Shown in pieces: positions 14,155 through 27,044 of a stretch of DNA of 64,000 nucleotides. Origin of the DNA: Dictyostelium discoideum (Eukaryota); assembly GCA_000004695.1 (NCBI GenBank), contig CM000153.2, positions 4,384,001 to 4,448,000 of the forward strand. The letters are read 5' to 3'. Both the position numbers and the translations under genes were made by a program. Under the pieces are notes generated by a model, which made no database searches, had not been told where the DNA came from, and was given only the letters and a program-made list of their open reading frames with translations. Numbering within the stretch: position 1 is the stretch's first letter; the number at the start of each line of letters is the position of its first letter.

Positions 14155-15161
14155 TCGTATTGCAGCCTTATTAACTTTTGGAAATGTTTTATCGATAAAC
14201 GTATTTTAAGGGAGAAGGGGGATAATTGAAATTTAAATAAAAAAACCGAAAAACCATTGCAAACCCAAAAACAAAACATTTTTATGACAAAAATAGCCCC
14301 CAATAAGTTTTTTACAAAAAAAAAAAAAAAATTTAAAAAAAAAATAAAATTAAAAATAATATGTTTCAAAAATAATGAAAAAAAAAAAAAAAATAAAGGA
14401 GGGCTTAAATATTTTCCAACACTAATAAATAAAAGTTAATTTTAGATTTTTTTTGTCCTACCTACCAATTAAAAAATATTTTTTTTTAAAAAAATCCTGT
14501 ATTTTTTTATTATTACACAATTATGATTATATATATATATTTTTTTTTTTTTTTTTTCGAAAATAAAAATGTTTAGAAAAAAAAAAATTTCTTAGATTTT
14601 AATTTGTTGTTAATTTTTTTTTTTATTTTATATATATATAAATATTATTATTTTTTTTTATTTTATTTTATTTTATTTTATTTTTTTTTTTTTTTTGGAA
14701 ATAAATAAATAAGTTTTACAAAAAAAAATAACTTTCAATTTGGAAATTACTTTTAATTATTAATATTATTACAAATAAATAATGAAAATGGATTGAAAAA
14801 AAAATTTTATTTTTTATTTTTTATACATTTGGAAACAATAAAAAAAAAAAAAACTTAGAGTCTGTTTATAAGAATTTTAATTTTAAATAGAACAACCAAA
14901 AATAAAGTTGAAATGATAATTATTGGATAAAATGAACAATTAAAGGTGATGTGATATTTTTAAAAAATAAAATAAAAAAAAAAATTATTTTAATTTTATT
15001 ATTTTTTGCTTTTTTTTTATTTGTTAATTAATAATGAAACTGAAAAACTCATTAAAAACAAATGTATCTTTTGAAAATTCAAAAAACTTTTTTGTTTTAA
15101 AAAAAAGGTATTTTGGTGTTTTGATGAAAATAAATATCTTATTTCCTAAATAAGTTTAAAA

Positions 15162-15196
<35 letters not shown>

Positions 15197-15328
15197 AAGT
15201 TTTTTTTTTTTAAAAATTTCTTTTTTTAAATTTTTTTATATTATTTTTGTCAAACTTTTTTTTTTGAAAAAAAAAAATTGGTTTTGATTGGTTTAATCTG
15301 ATATCTTCTTTTTTAAATTAATTTATTT

Positions 15329-15379
<51 letters not shown>

Positions 15380-16009
15380 ATAAAAATAATAAAAATAAAA
15401 TATTGAAAATAGAAAAAAAAAAATTAAAAATTAACCTTCCTTTTTTAAAAAAATAAAAAAAAAAATCTGTTTGAAATCCGTTGCCAAACCACTTGAAATT
15501 TTTTTTACAAAATGGATCATTGATTTAACCTATTGTTTTGTTTAATTTTTTTTTTTTAAAATCAAAATAATATAATAAAAAAAAAAAAAAATGAAAAAAG
15601 ATATTAATACATTTCCTCTCTTTTTTTTTTTTAGATATTAATATTAATTTAAACAGTTGGGGTGGGGTGGGGAGGGGATGAATAACGAAAGTGATCCTTA
15701 AATATTTTAAAAAACTCAATTTTAAATAAAACAATACGCCATTCAATGATAAAAGATAAAAGATAAAAGATGCAATGAAATTTATTACAAGTAACAAAAT
15801 CCACATTAATTAATTTGACAAGAAATTAATTTTTATCTTTCCAATACAATTTTTTTTTTTTTTTTTTTAAATTAATCCAATTAAAAAAATTATTAAAAAA
15901 AAATAGAAAACTTGTATTTATTTATATTAATAAATTTGGACATTAACCCAAAAAAAAAAATAAAAAAAATAAAAAAATAAAAAATAATAATATTACTCTT
16001 ATTAAGAAT

Positions 16010-16610
16010 GCAAAATATTTTCAGAAATGATGTAATTATGGTGATAAAAAAAAAAAAATAATAAAAAATAAACCTTAAATGTTTAATAATTAAATTCAAA
16101 GTTACAAAAAAAAAAAAAAAGAAAATATAAATTACTCTTTTTAATAATTGAAAATAGTTTAAATTTAAAATTACAAAAAAAAAAATACTTTTTAAACCTA
16201 ATATTTTTAAAATGTAATTATGGTAATAAACCCTAAACTTTTATTTATTAAATTTAATATTATAAAAAAAATAAAAAATATAAATGATGGAATTGGTAAT
16301 AAAAAAAAAAAAAAAAAGTCTTAAACTTTATTTAATTTTATAATAATACTATAATATTATTTATATTATATTAGAAAAAAAAAAAAAAAAAAAAAAATAA
16401 AAATAATAAATACTATTTTAATATTTAAAAATAGTTTTAAAATTGTATAATTATGGCAATAAAAAAAAACAAATAAAAATAAACCTTGAACTTATATTTA
16501 TAAATTTAATGAAAAAAAAAGAAAACAATACAAATACTCTTTTTTTTTAATAATTAAAAATAGTTTAAAAATGATTATGGTGATAAAATAAATTTAGATA
16601 TCAATATATT
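16010..16610. repeat. Degenerate tandem repeat, ~3 copies of a ~180-bp AT-rich unit, just 3' of rpl34
   Basis: A recurring block appears near 16030, 16210, 16450 and 16570. It reads ...(a)tgtaattatgg(t/c)(g/a)ataaa...aaacc(t/c)t(a/g)aac..tt(t)at..aaattt(c)aat...aata(c)aaatactcttttt..aataatt(g/a)aaaatagttt(a)aaa... Confidence 0.5.
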
Positions 16611-16737
16611 GAGAAAAAAAAAAAAAAAAAAACATAGTCTATCTTTTTGTTTTTCTTTTTTTTTTTTCCCTTTATAAAATATATAGTTTTGTACTTTTTT
16701 TTTATAAGTAAAAAATGATTGATATTAATCACTACAT

Positions 16738-17424
16738 TTATTTGGATGATTTCTTATCTTTCTTTTGTTTTAAATCTTTTTGTTGCTTCTTGAAGACAAT
16801 TTTAGCGGTTTTTTGTTCTTCAATTAAGAAAGCACGAACGATTCTGTTACGGACACATTTGGCACATTTGCTACCACCATAAGCACGTGAAACAGTTCTT
16901 CTTGATTTTGGAAGATTTTTGTATTGGTATGGTCTTAAGGCTGGGATACCGGCTAAGTTGACACCACATTCACCACATCTTGGAACTTTACCAGTTTTAC
17001 CGATGTATTGGTATACTAATCTACCACCTGGAGTCTTGACGCTATAATAAAAAATCAAAGTTATTAATCAATCCTTTATTTTTGTATAGTTTTTGTAGAT
17101 TGAAATTTTGGGTTGGTTGTTCGAGTTGTTGATAGATAGTATGTATAATTTGTTTCTTTGTTCTGTTGTTAGTTGTTTTGTTTGCATTATCAAATATAAT
17201 TTAATTAAATATCCTATCATTTGTTGAATCTTTTATCTTACCAAAAGTGACATAGGTTTTATACTATAAATATCAACTATCAACAAACATTGTCAACCAT
17301 TATCAATCAATCATCAATCCAATCCAATCCAATCTTTTATTCTATTATCAAATTATTACATTTTGGTAGCGTTAGAAGTAGTACGGTAAGATAATCTTCT
17401 TCTGTAGGTAAGTCTTTGAACCAT
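16738..17424 (-). CDS. rpl34: 60S ribosomal protein L34e. Two exons: complement(join(16738..17041,17360..17424)).
   Basis: Exon 1 encodes MVQRLTYRRRLSYRTTSNATKI, ending at the donor GTAATA. The acceptor TTATTATAG ends at 17042. Exon 2 encodes VKTPGGRLVYQYIGKTGKVPRCGECGVNLAGIPALRPYQYKNLPKSRRTVSRAYGGSKCAKCVRNRIVRAFLIEEQK.... This is near-identical in pattern to eukaryotic L34e (SRAYGGS.CAKCVR.RI.RAFLIEEQK). The 5' end of the ORF-track entry (MIFYYS) is intron read-through. Confidence 0.85.
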
Positions 17425-17843
17425 TTTTTCTATATGTGTGCAGATATACGATTAAGCGAAAAAATTGAAAAAAAAAAAAAAAAAAACGGTGACCTCGCAT
17501 AAAATTTTTTTGATTTTTTCAATTTAATTTTTTCAATTTTTTTTTTTTATTTTTCAGAGGCGTTACTCAAAAAATAAAAATAAAAATAAAAAAATAAATA
17601 AATGAAAATAAAAAAAAACAAAAACATTTATTGATATAGATATTAATTTTTATTTATAAATAAAAATAGAATTTATAAATACTTTTTTATTTTTTATTTT
17701 TTTATTTTTTATTATTTTCTTATTGTTTTTCACAAAATAAATTAATTTTATTATTATTTTTATTTTTATTATTAACAATAAAACTTTCTTTTTATTTTTT
17801 TTTTTTGATCATTTTTGTTAACCCAACACCACACTCACCCATC

Positions 17844-17881
<38 letters not shown>

Positions 17882-17924
17882 CAAATTAATTTATTTTTTT
17901 ATTTAAAAAAAAAAAGAGAGAGAT

Positions 17925-19287
<1,363 letters not shown>

Positions 19288-19484
19288 AAAAAAAAATATA
19301 AAAAAAATAAATTTTTGTTCACTAATTTTTTATTTATGAAATTGGAAATTTATTATTTTTATAAAAAAAAAAGATGATGATGGTGATGATGATAATGGGT
19401 TGAGATTGAGTGAGTTATTTACAATTGAGGTTGGCAAAAAATGAAGCTTCATTTTGCTGGTTTTTTTTCTTTTTTTCTTTTCTT

Positions 19485-19515
<31 letters not shown>

Positions 19516-19544
19516 TTTCTATTTTTTTTTTCTTTTTTTTTTTC

Positions 19545-19575
<31 letters not shown>

Positions 19576-19605
19576 GATGTTACAGAGTTAATAAAACTTT
19601 AAAAT

Positions 19606-20448
19606 TTAAAATGAAAAACTGTAAGAGTTAGTTGATTTTGAAGCGGTTGTAAAAGGTTTATTAGTTGCATTTGAGGAAGTGTATGGCTTTGAATTACCAT
19701 TAAGTTCTGCTAATGATATACGTCTAATACCACTACCACCACTACCACTAACTGAAGAATAACTAGTAGAGGATTTAATAGTAGTGTATGGTTTGTTGCT
19801 GACAACATTTGAAGTATATTTAACATCTGATGTGGATGTTGAAATATATGGTGCTTTATCTTTACCTTTGAGCCATTCTGGTTCCTCTTTTTTTGAAAGT
19901 TGAGGTTTTTCTTCTTCTTGTGGTGGTGGAGGAGAATTAATAATTGAGACAATTACTGGAACTTCCTGTTCTTCTTGTATTTTTTCTTCTTGTTTACTCT
20001 CCACTACAAGTGTTGAGGCTGGTACTTGTGCAATTGGTATTGGTACTTTCTGTTGTTGTTGTTGTCGTTGCTCCAAAAGTAATTGTTGCTCCAAAAGTAA
20101 TTGTTGTTTTTGTTGCTTTAAAAGTAATTGTTGTTGTTGTTGCTCCAAAAGCAATTGTTGTTGTTGTTGCTTTAAGAGTAATTGTTGTTGTTGTTGTTGC
20201 TCCAAAAGTAATTGTTGTTGGCAAAATTGCTGTTGTTGTTGTAAATAGAGTTGTTGTTGTTGGTATGTAAATCCATCATTTTCATCAACTAAAGGATTTA
20301 AATTTCTGTAAACTGGGAGTATTTGTTGTTGTTGTTGTTGTGGTGGTGCTTGAGGTTGTTGTTGTTGTTGTTGTTGTGACTTTTTAACATCCACCCAAGT
20401 TGATTGTGTTGGATTGCTTTCGATGAATACAAATTCGTCATCATCCAT
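19606..20448 (-). CDS. Q/L-rich low-complexity protein (QQQLLLEQQQQQ repeats) with an S/T-rich C-terminus. Function unknown.
   Basis: 280-aa ORF starting MDDDEFVFIESNPTQSTWVDV. Both flanks are AT-rich. The overlapping sense and antisense ORFs in the track are repeat artefacts. Confidence 0.5.
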   Translation of the reverse strand: MDDDEFVFIESNPTQSTWVDVKKSQQQQQQQPQAPPQQQQQQILPVYRNLNPLVDENDGFTYQQQQLYLQQQQQFCQQQLLLEQQQQQQLLLKQQQQQLLLEQQQQQLLLKQQKQQLLLEQQLLLEQRQQQQQKVPIPIAQVPASTLVVESKQEEKIQEEQEVPVIVSIINSPPPPQEEEKPQLSKKEEPEWLKGKDKAPYISTSTSDVKYTSNVVSNKPYTTIKSSTSYSSVSGSGGSGIRRISLAELNGNSKPYTSSNATNKPFTTASKSTNSYSFSF

Positions 20449-21434
20449 TTTTATTTATTCTTTTTCTTTTTTTTTTTTTTTTTTTTTTTTATGTTGGACG
20501 ATGTTGAAGTGTTGAAATAAACTTTTTTTTTTAATGTGGGGTATTATTGAATTTATGTAATTTTTTTTTTTTTTTAAAAAAAATTAAATTATTTGTACAC
20601 TATTATTATTATTTTCTTTTTTTAAAAAGTGTGAAGTGTTTGATAAAAAAAAAAAAAAAAAGTTAATTCTCATTTTGTGTTGTCGATTGAAAAAATAAAA
20701 AAAAAATAAAAAAAAATAAATTACAGGAAAATTTTTAGAAAGCTTTTTTTAAAATAATTTAATTGGAATTAAAAAATAAAAAAAAAAAAAAAAATTTAAA
20801 TATAAAAAAAAAAAAAAAAAAAATAAAAAAAAAATAAAATATTTGGTAAATATCTGTACTTTGGATTTTTTTTTTTTTTTTTTAGTTTAATCAAATACAT
20901 ACCCATTGAAAATCACAACTAAGTTATTATTATTATTATTTTTTTTTTTTTTTTTTCATTCCAATATTTTCTTTTAACTTGATCATATTTCTTTTTTTTT
21001 TTAATTATTTAATTATATTATACTTTCATTTTTGTGAATTAAGTATAACCTTGATGTTATTTTTCAATTTTATATTTTTTGTTTTTTTTTTAATCTTTTT
21101 TAAGTCACCAAAAATATTTTTTTACTATTTTAACCAAAACCTTTTTGTTTTTTTTTAAAAAATCTAATTTTTTTTTTTATTTTTTTATTTTTTATTTTTG
21201 TCAAAAAAAAAAAAAAAATTTAAATTTTTTATTTTAAAAATTTCACAAAAAAAATTACCAATAACATAACGAGATTTTACATTTACTTCAAATAACTCCA
21301 TCTCCTTTTATTATTCTAATAATTTAGTTTAGTTCAACTAAAACTTGGATTATAGATTTTTTTTTTTTTTATAAAGGAAGAAACCAATTTTTTTTAATCA
21401 TTAAACAAATAACATTTCAAGAATATTCAACAGG

Positions 21435-21465
<31 letters not shown>

Positions 21466-21481
21466 GATATAAATTAAAAAA

Positions 21482-23497
21482 ATGGAAGATAAAGAAGATA
21501 GAGAAAAAAGAAGTGGTGATAGAGATAAAGATAGAGATAGAGATCGTGATAGAGATAGAGATCATTATAGTGGTAGTAGTAGTAGTAGTAGCAGTAGTAG
21601 TAGAAGAGATAGAGATAGAGATAGGGATAGAGACAGAGATAGGGATAGAGATAGGGATAGGGATCGTGGTGGTGGTGATCGTGATAGAGACAGAGATAGA
21701 GATAGAGATCGTGATAGAGACAGAGATAGAGATCGTGATAGAGACAGAGATAGAGATCGTAGTAGTGAAAGAAATAGAGGAGGAGGTGATTATTCAAGTA
21801 GAAAAAGAAGTAGATCTCCAAGTGCTCGTTCAAGCACAAGAAGTGATCCATTCACAACTACACCAACATCTAGAAAATCATCACTCTGGGACAGACAACC
21901 CGACCCAAATGAAGTCAACCAACAATCACCAACTCACCAACAACAACAACCACAACCACCACCACACCAACAACAACCACCACATCAACATCACCAACAA
22001 CATTACCAACAACAACAACAACAACAACAACAACAGGGAGGAGGAGGGTTCCAACAAGGAGGAGGATTCCAACAGGGTGGGGGAGGATTCCACCAAGGAG
22101 GATTCCAAAACAACAACAACAATAATAATAATAATAATTTTAATAATAATAATAATGGCGGATTTAACCCAATGTTTCAACAGAATCAAATGTTTATGCA
22201 GCAACAGCAATTACAACAACAGCAACAATTACAACAACAGCAGCAACAAAATAATCAAGAGACACCACAAAAAAAACAAAGTAGAAGAATTTATGTTGGT
22301 AATATTCCACCAGGTATATCAGATTCAGAGTTGATGGAATTTTTTAATGCAGCTGTATTGGCAGCAAATTTAAATACAAAACCTGGACCACCAGTGGTGT
22401 TTTGTCAAATTAACGCACCTAAATGCTTTGCATTTATAGAGTTTAGGTCACCAGAGGAGGCGACAAATGCAATGAGATTCGATGGTATTTCATTAAAGAA
22501 TTTCACATTGAAAATTCGTAGACCAAAGGATTATCAATCGACATCTGATAACACTGGTGGCAATGCGTCATTGTTACCATCGATTGTGCCAACCAATGTA
22601 CCAGATAGTGAGAATAAAATCTATGTCGGTGGTTTACCATCGAATTTATCAGAGGAACAAGTTAAATCATTATTATCAGCATATGGTAAACTAAAAGCAT
22701 TCAATTTGGTAAAGGATACCAATACTGGTGTAAGTAAAGGTTTTGCATTTTGTGAATATCAAGATTCTGAAGTAACTGATGTGGCATGTTCAAAATTGAA
22801 TGGTATACCATTAGCTGATAAAACATTGGTTGTACAACGTGCAAGTATTGGTTCAAAACCACCTGGAGACGCATCTAAAGGTGGTGATGTTACACAACAA
22901 CAGCATCAACAACAACAGCAACAACAATCAACAAGCAATGGTAGTGGTTCAATGGTTTTACCCCATTTAACTGGTGCGAATAGTAGTTTAATGGAGGATC
23001 AAGGTGGTGGTGGTGATAGTTTACCAAATGGCGTTGATCCAACAATTGCTGGATTATTAAATTTAAATATACCGGTTGCTCAAACATTAAGTATAATAAG
23101 AACAAATCTTTTAAATAGTAGTGTAAGTGGTGGTGGTGGTACAACAAATGGTACGATTACACCTGACAACAATACGAAACCATCTTGTGTCATTCAAATT
23201 TTAAACCTCGTCGATAGAGAGGACATTTTTGATGATAAAGAATATGATAATATATTAATCGATGTAAAAGAAGAATGTGAACAATTTGGTGAAGTGCAAT
23301 CAATTTGGTTACCTTTACCATCTAAAAATCCATTAGAAGTCACAAGAGTTTATGTTGAATTTTCTCAAGTAGAATTTGCTCAAAAAGCTTGTTTAGCCTT
23401 AGGTGGTAGAAAATATAATGGTAGAGTACTTTTCTCTGCATATTATCCTGAAGATTTATTTTTTAAAAATTCACAACAACAACAACAACAATCATAA
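21482..23497 (+). CDS. Splicing factor U2AF large subunit (U2AF65/U2AF2 homolog). The N-terminal arm is an (RD)n repeat rather than an RS domain.
   Basis: 671-aa single-exon ORF. RRM1 reads [24 protein letters not shown]...[38 protein letters not shown]. RRM2 reads [78 protein letters not shown]. The C-terminal UHM reads VIQILNLV...[15 protein letters not shown]...[28 protein letters not shown]. This aligns block for block with human U2AF65 (RRLYVGNIP..., [48 protein letters not shown]..., RKFANRVV). Confidence 0.9.
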   Translation: [671 protein letters not shown]

Positions 23498-23629
23498 CAC
23501 ATAATAAAAAAAAAAAAAAAAAAAAAATAACAATAAAAAGAAATAATATAATATAAATTTAGACTATAACAAATCTTATTTAAATATTTATTTTATTTAT
23601 TTGTTTTATTTTATTTTATTTTTTTATTT

Positions 23630-23669
<40 letters not shown>

Positions 23670-23675
23670 TTTTTT

Positions 23676-25032
23676 TTAATCATCTTCAAATGAATTTAAT
23701 TTTCTAGCTCTTTGTTCTAAATTTTCAGCTTCTTTTAATCTACCTTTATCACGTAACATTTGAGCATAATCCCAAAGTACATTACCAAAGTCAATATCAA
23801 CCTCTTTGTTTATTCTTAATTCTCTTTCTCTTTTTCCAGGTTGATAATGATAGTTTGTATCATTTTGATTTAATAATTGACGTTCTTGTTCTTTTCTTTT
23901 AGTTTGATTTTTATAATCTTCAAAGATTGTAATACATTTATTAAAGAAACCTTCAGCGAATGCTAAATTCCTTTTATCTCTATTTAATTTACCTAAGATA
24001 TAAAGAATCGTACCAACTTTTGGATTATTTCTACCATAAACTAATTCAGATTTTGAAATTGCTTTATCTAAAATTGGTTCAGCTTTATCAAATTGATCAC
24101 TATCAAATAAAAATTCACCATAATTTGATAAAATATTAACTAATTCAATATCATTTTTATTTAATTCTGCTAATTCAATTGATTTCTTATAAAGTTGTTC
24201 TGCTAATTCATCATTATTACCATTTGAATGTAAATAACATGCATAATTTGATAAAATTGATTCTATATATATATATATAAAAATATTAATATTAATATTA
24301 ATATTAATTATTAAATTATGTATATTTGTTTGTTTTACCATTTAATTTATCATTTTCATTTAATTTTTGTTTTGAAAGTTCAATTAATTCTTTATAAAGT
24401 TTATCAGCAGATTCATTACAATCTAATGATAAAATGATTGCTTTATTTAATAGAGTTGAAATTAATAATTCCCAATCATTATTTTTTTTTGCAATTTCAT
24501 TAATTTCATCAATGATTTTAAAACACTTTTCAGTGTCACCTTGATATTGTGAACAGATTAATAGATAATTTAAAGTTGGTATTAAATATTGTGAATCTAT
24601 ATCATTGGTTGTTAGATTTGTATTATTTTTTAATCTTGATATAACTTGATTTGCATACCTTTCAGCACTTGAAAGATCACCAATTATTAATTCAAGATTA
24701 ACCATACGAAATAGTACATTCAATGTTATTGGATGTTTTGCACCAATTGTTGATTCTACCATCGACAATGATCTATTTAAAATTGATTTGGCTGCACTAT
24801 AATTACCACGTTCTTCATATTTTTTAAAATCTTTAATTTCTTGAAATACTTCATCATCTTCACTAAATTTATAATCAGTTTTTAATGTTTGAAAACTTTT
24901 GTATGATACAAACCTATTATTATTATTATTATTATTATTGTTATTAAAAATATTATTTAAAAATAAATTTGTAGTTGTTTTATTTTTTAAATTGATTTTA
25001 TTAAATCTTGATACCAATGATGAGATCATCAT
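23676..25032 (-). CDS. TPR-repeat protein, possibly organellar. Two exons: complement(join(23676..24262,24339..25032)).
   Basis: Exon 1 is ORF 24316..25032 (MMISSLVSRFNKINLKNK..., a basic, hydroxylated N-terminus) up to ...NENDKLNG. Donor GTAAAAC lies at 24338 and acceptor (ATAT)nAG ends at 24263. Exon 2 is ORF ..24262 (ESILSNYACYLHSNGNNDELAEQLYKKSIELAELN...). Repeated A-x-x-Y-x-x-x-I/L 34-residue TPR-like helices run throughout. The phase-1 junction was checked by hand. Confidence 0.65.
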
Positions 25033-25315
25033 TTTTTTTTTTTTTTTTGAATCTTTTTTTTTTTTTTTTTTAAATCTTTTTTATTGTTTTGAAGATTTTG
25101 AGTTTGGGGAAAAAAAAAAAAAAAAAAAAAAAAAAATAATAATAAAAAAATAGATGAAATTCGTCAAATTTTAATTTTTATTTTTTTTTTATTTTTTAAT
25201 TTTTTTTTTATTTTTTTTTTTTTTATAAAAAAACGAATCATTGATTTTTTAATTTTTTTTTTTTTATATTTCATAACCAAAAACTTTTTTTTTTGAAATT
25301 ATTAAAAAAAATAAA

Positions 25316-26466
25316 ATGATCAGATCATTAAATTTTGCTTTAAGTGTGTAATAATAATTTTTTTTTTTATTTTTTTATTATTAAAAATTAAATTCACTAA
25401 TAAATTTTTTTTTTTTTTTTAAATAGGAAATTGTAATAAAAATATTTTAATTAATTCAAATAAAATAACAATTAATAATGGATTATTATTGAAAAAGAAT
25501 AATTTTTGTACACAATCAACAAGTGAAGTTAAAGTACCAACTGAATTAGTTGTACAATTAAGAAAAAAGACTCAATCACCAGTACAAGAATGTAAGAAAG
25601 CATTACAAGCTAGTAACAATGATATGGATGGTGCAATCAAATGGTTATTAGAAAAGGGTAAAGCCACTGCTGAGAAATTAAAGAGTAGAGTATCAGCAGA
25701 GGGTATCATTTCAGTATTGGTCGATAGTGGTAGTGGAAAAGCTGTCATTTTAGAAATGAATAGTGAAACTGATTTCGTATCACGTGGTGACATTTTCCGT
25801 AATTTAGCAAGAGACATCTCCAAAGCAACTTTATCAAACCCAATCAGTGGTGGAAAGTTAGCAGAGAATGGAATCTTGGAACTTGACCCAACCCAAGTTG
25901 AAAACATTTACCCAATTAAAATTAACATCACCAATGAGGATGGCGTCGCTGAAGAAATGACTATCAAAGACTCAATAGTTCGTATTGTTAGTAAATTACG
26001 TGAGAATATTGTAATTCGTCGTGCATCTTTCATTCAACCATTAAATAATAATAATAATAATAGTAAATCATATATTTCATCATATGCACATGACTCAACA
26101 TCAGAAAAGAAAGATGTTGGTCGTTTAGGTTCAATCGTTCAATTTGAATATCAAGGTGATTGTAATAATATGAATTCTCTTAAAGAGTTTGCCAATCAAT
26201 TAGCAATTCACATTGTTAGTAATTCACCAAGTGTAGTTACAGTCAATGATATTCCAAGTTCAGTTTTAGAGGAATGTAAAAATAATAACAAAAATCCAGA
26301 ATCACTCTATGATGATATGGTACTCTATGAACAATCTTACATGTATTCTCCAGATCATTCCGTAAAACAATATCTTGAAATTCTCTCTGAAAAATTAGGT
26401 ATTAAAAATTTATCTGTCAAAACTTTTAGACGTTATGCAATTGGTGAAACTGCCGAACGTGTTTAA
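25316..26466 (+). CDS. Elongation factor Ts, mitochondrial (EF-Ts/TSFM). The main exon is ~25427 or 25498..26466, with a short 5' exon from ATG 25316.
   Basis: The main ORF encodes ...TELVVQLRKKTQSPVQECKKALQASNNDMDGAIKWLLEKGKATAEKLKSRVSAEGIISVLVDSGSGKAVILEMNSETDFVSRGDIFRNLARDIS.... This is the EF-Ts UBA-like N-domain plus the dimerisation core (E. coli: [20 protein letters not shown]...; NCQTDFVAK). The ORF-track start is TTG, so a true ATG exon must lie upstream. The candidate is ATG 25316 (MIRSLNFAL..). Two splice solutions are both non-canonical: donor GTGTGT at 25344 to acceptor AAATAG ending at 25426, or donor GTGTAA at 25346 to acceptor AAAAAG ending at 25497. Confidence 0.75.
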
Positions 26467-26582
26467 ATTAAACAAAAAAAAAATAAAATAAAAATAAAAT
26501 AAACAAATTAAAATTTTATTTATAGAAACCATAAAAAAAAAAAAAAAAAAAAGGAAATAAATTATTTAATTCATAACAACCT

Positions 26583-26972
26583 CTATCTATTCTTTTTAGT
26601 ATTTTTATTAGAGTTACCATTCTTATTATTATTATTATTATTATTTTGATTTTGATTTTGATTTGTTAAGGATGGTTTAACTTGAGATAATAATGTATCT
26701 AAATTAAAATAAAGTCTAATATTATCATAGGAAAGATTACATGGTTCAAATAATTTATCATCTTTTGGAGTTTTCTTGTCATATGGCATTTTAAATTCAT
26801 TCTTTCTATATGGCATTCTAGATACTTCAACACCATTTTTAAATAATATAATTGATGGTATTTGTTTACTTGATACTGAATCAGCTATATCATATTCATA
26901 AGCAATTGATTTCCATCTTCCAATATCAATTTTACCAAAATTAATACCTTGATAACTAAATTTAATAAGAGG

Positions 26973-27044
<72 letters not shown>

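Noticed and set aside
19944-20270. Sense and antisense ORFs overlapping repeat-rich genes. Examples: 19944..20270, 19994..20224, 21513..22334, 21474..21851, 21926..22210, 43846..44148, 44446..44946, 44416..44697, 51774..52085, 51830..52036, 52498..52899, 53542..53874, 3211..3465, 4813..5145, 36936..37265, 36998..37195.
   Set aside because: These are alternative-frame or reverse readings of (CAA)n/(AAT)n/(GAT)n repeats. They give polyV/L/I/G strings with no start context or splice signals. The true genes are on the frames listed in the features.
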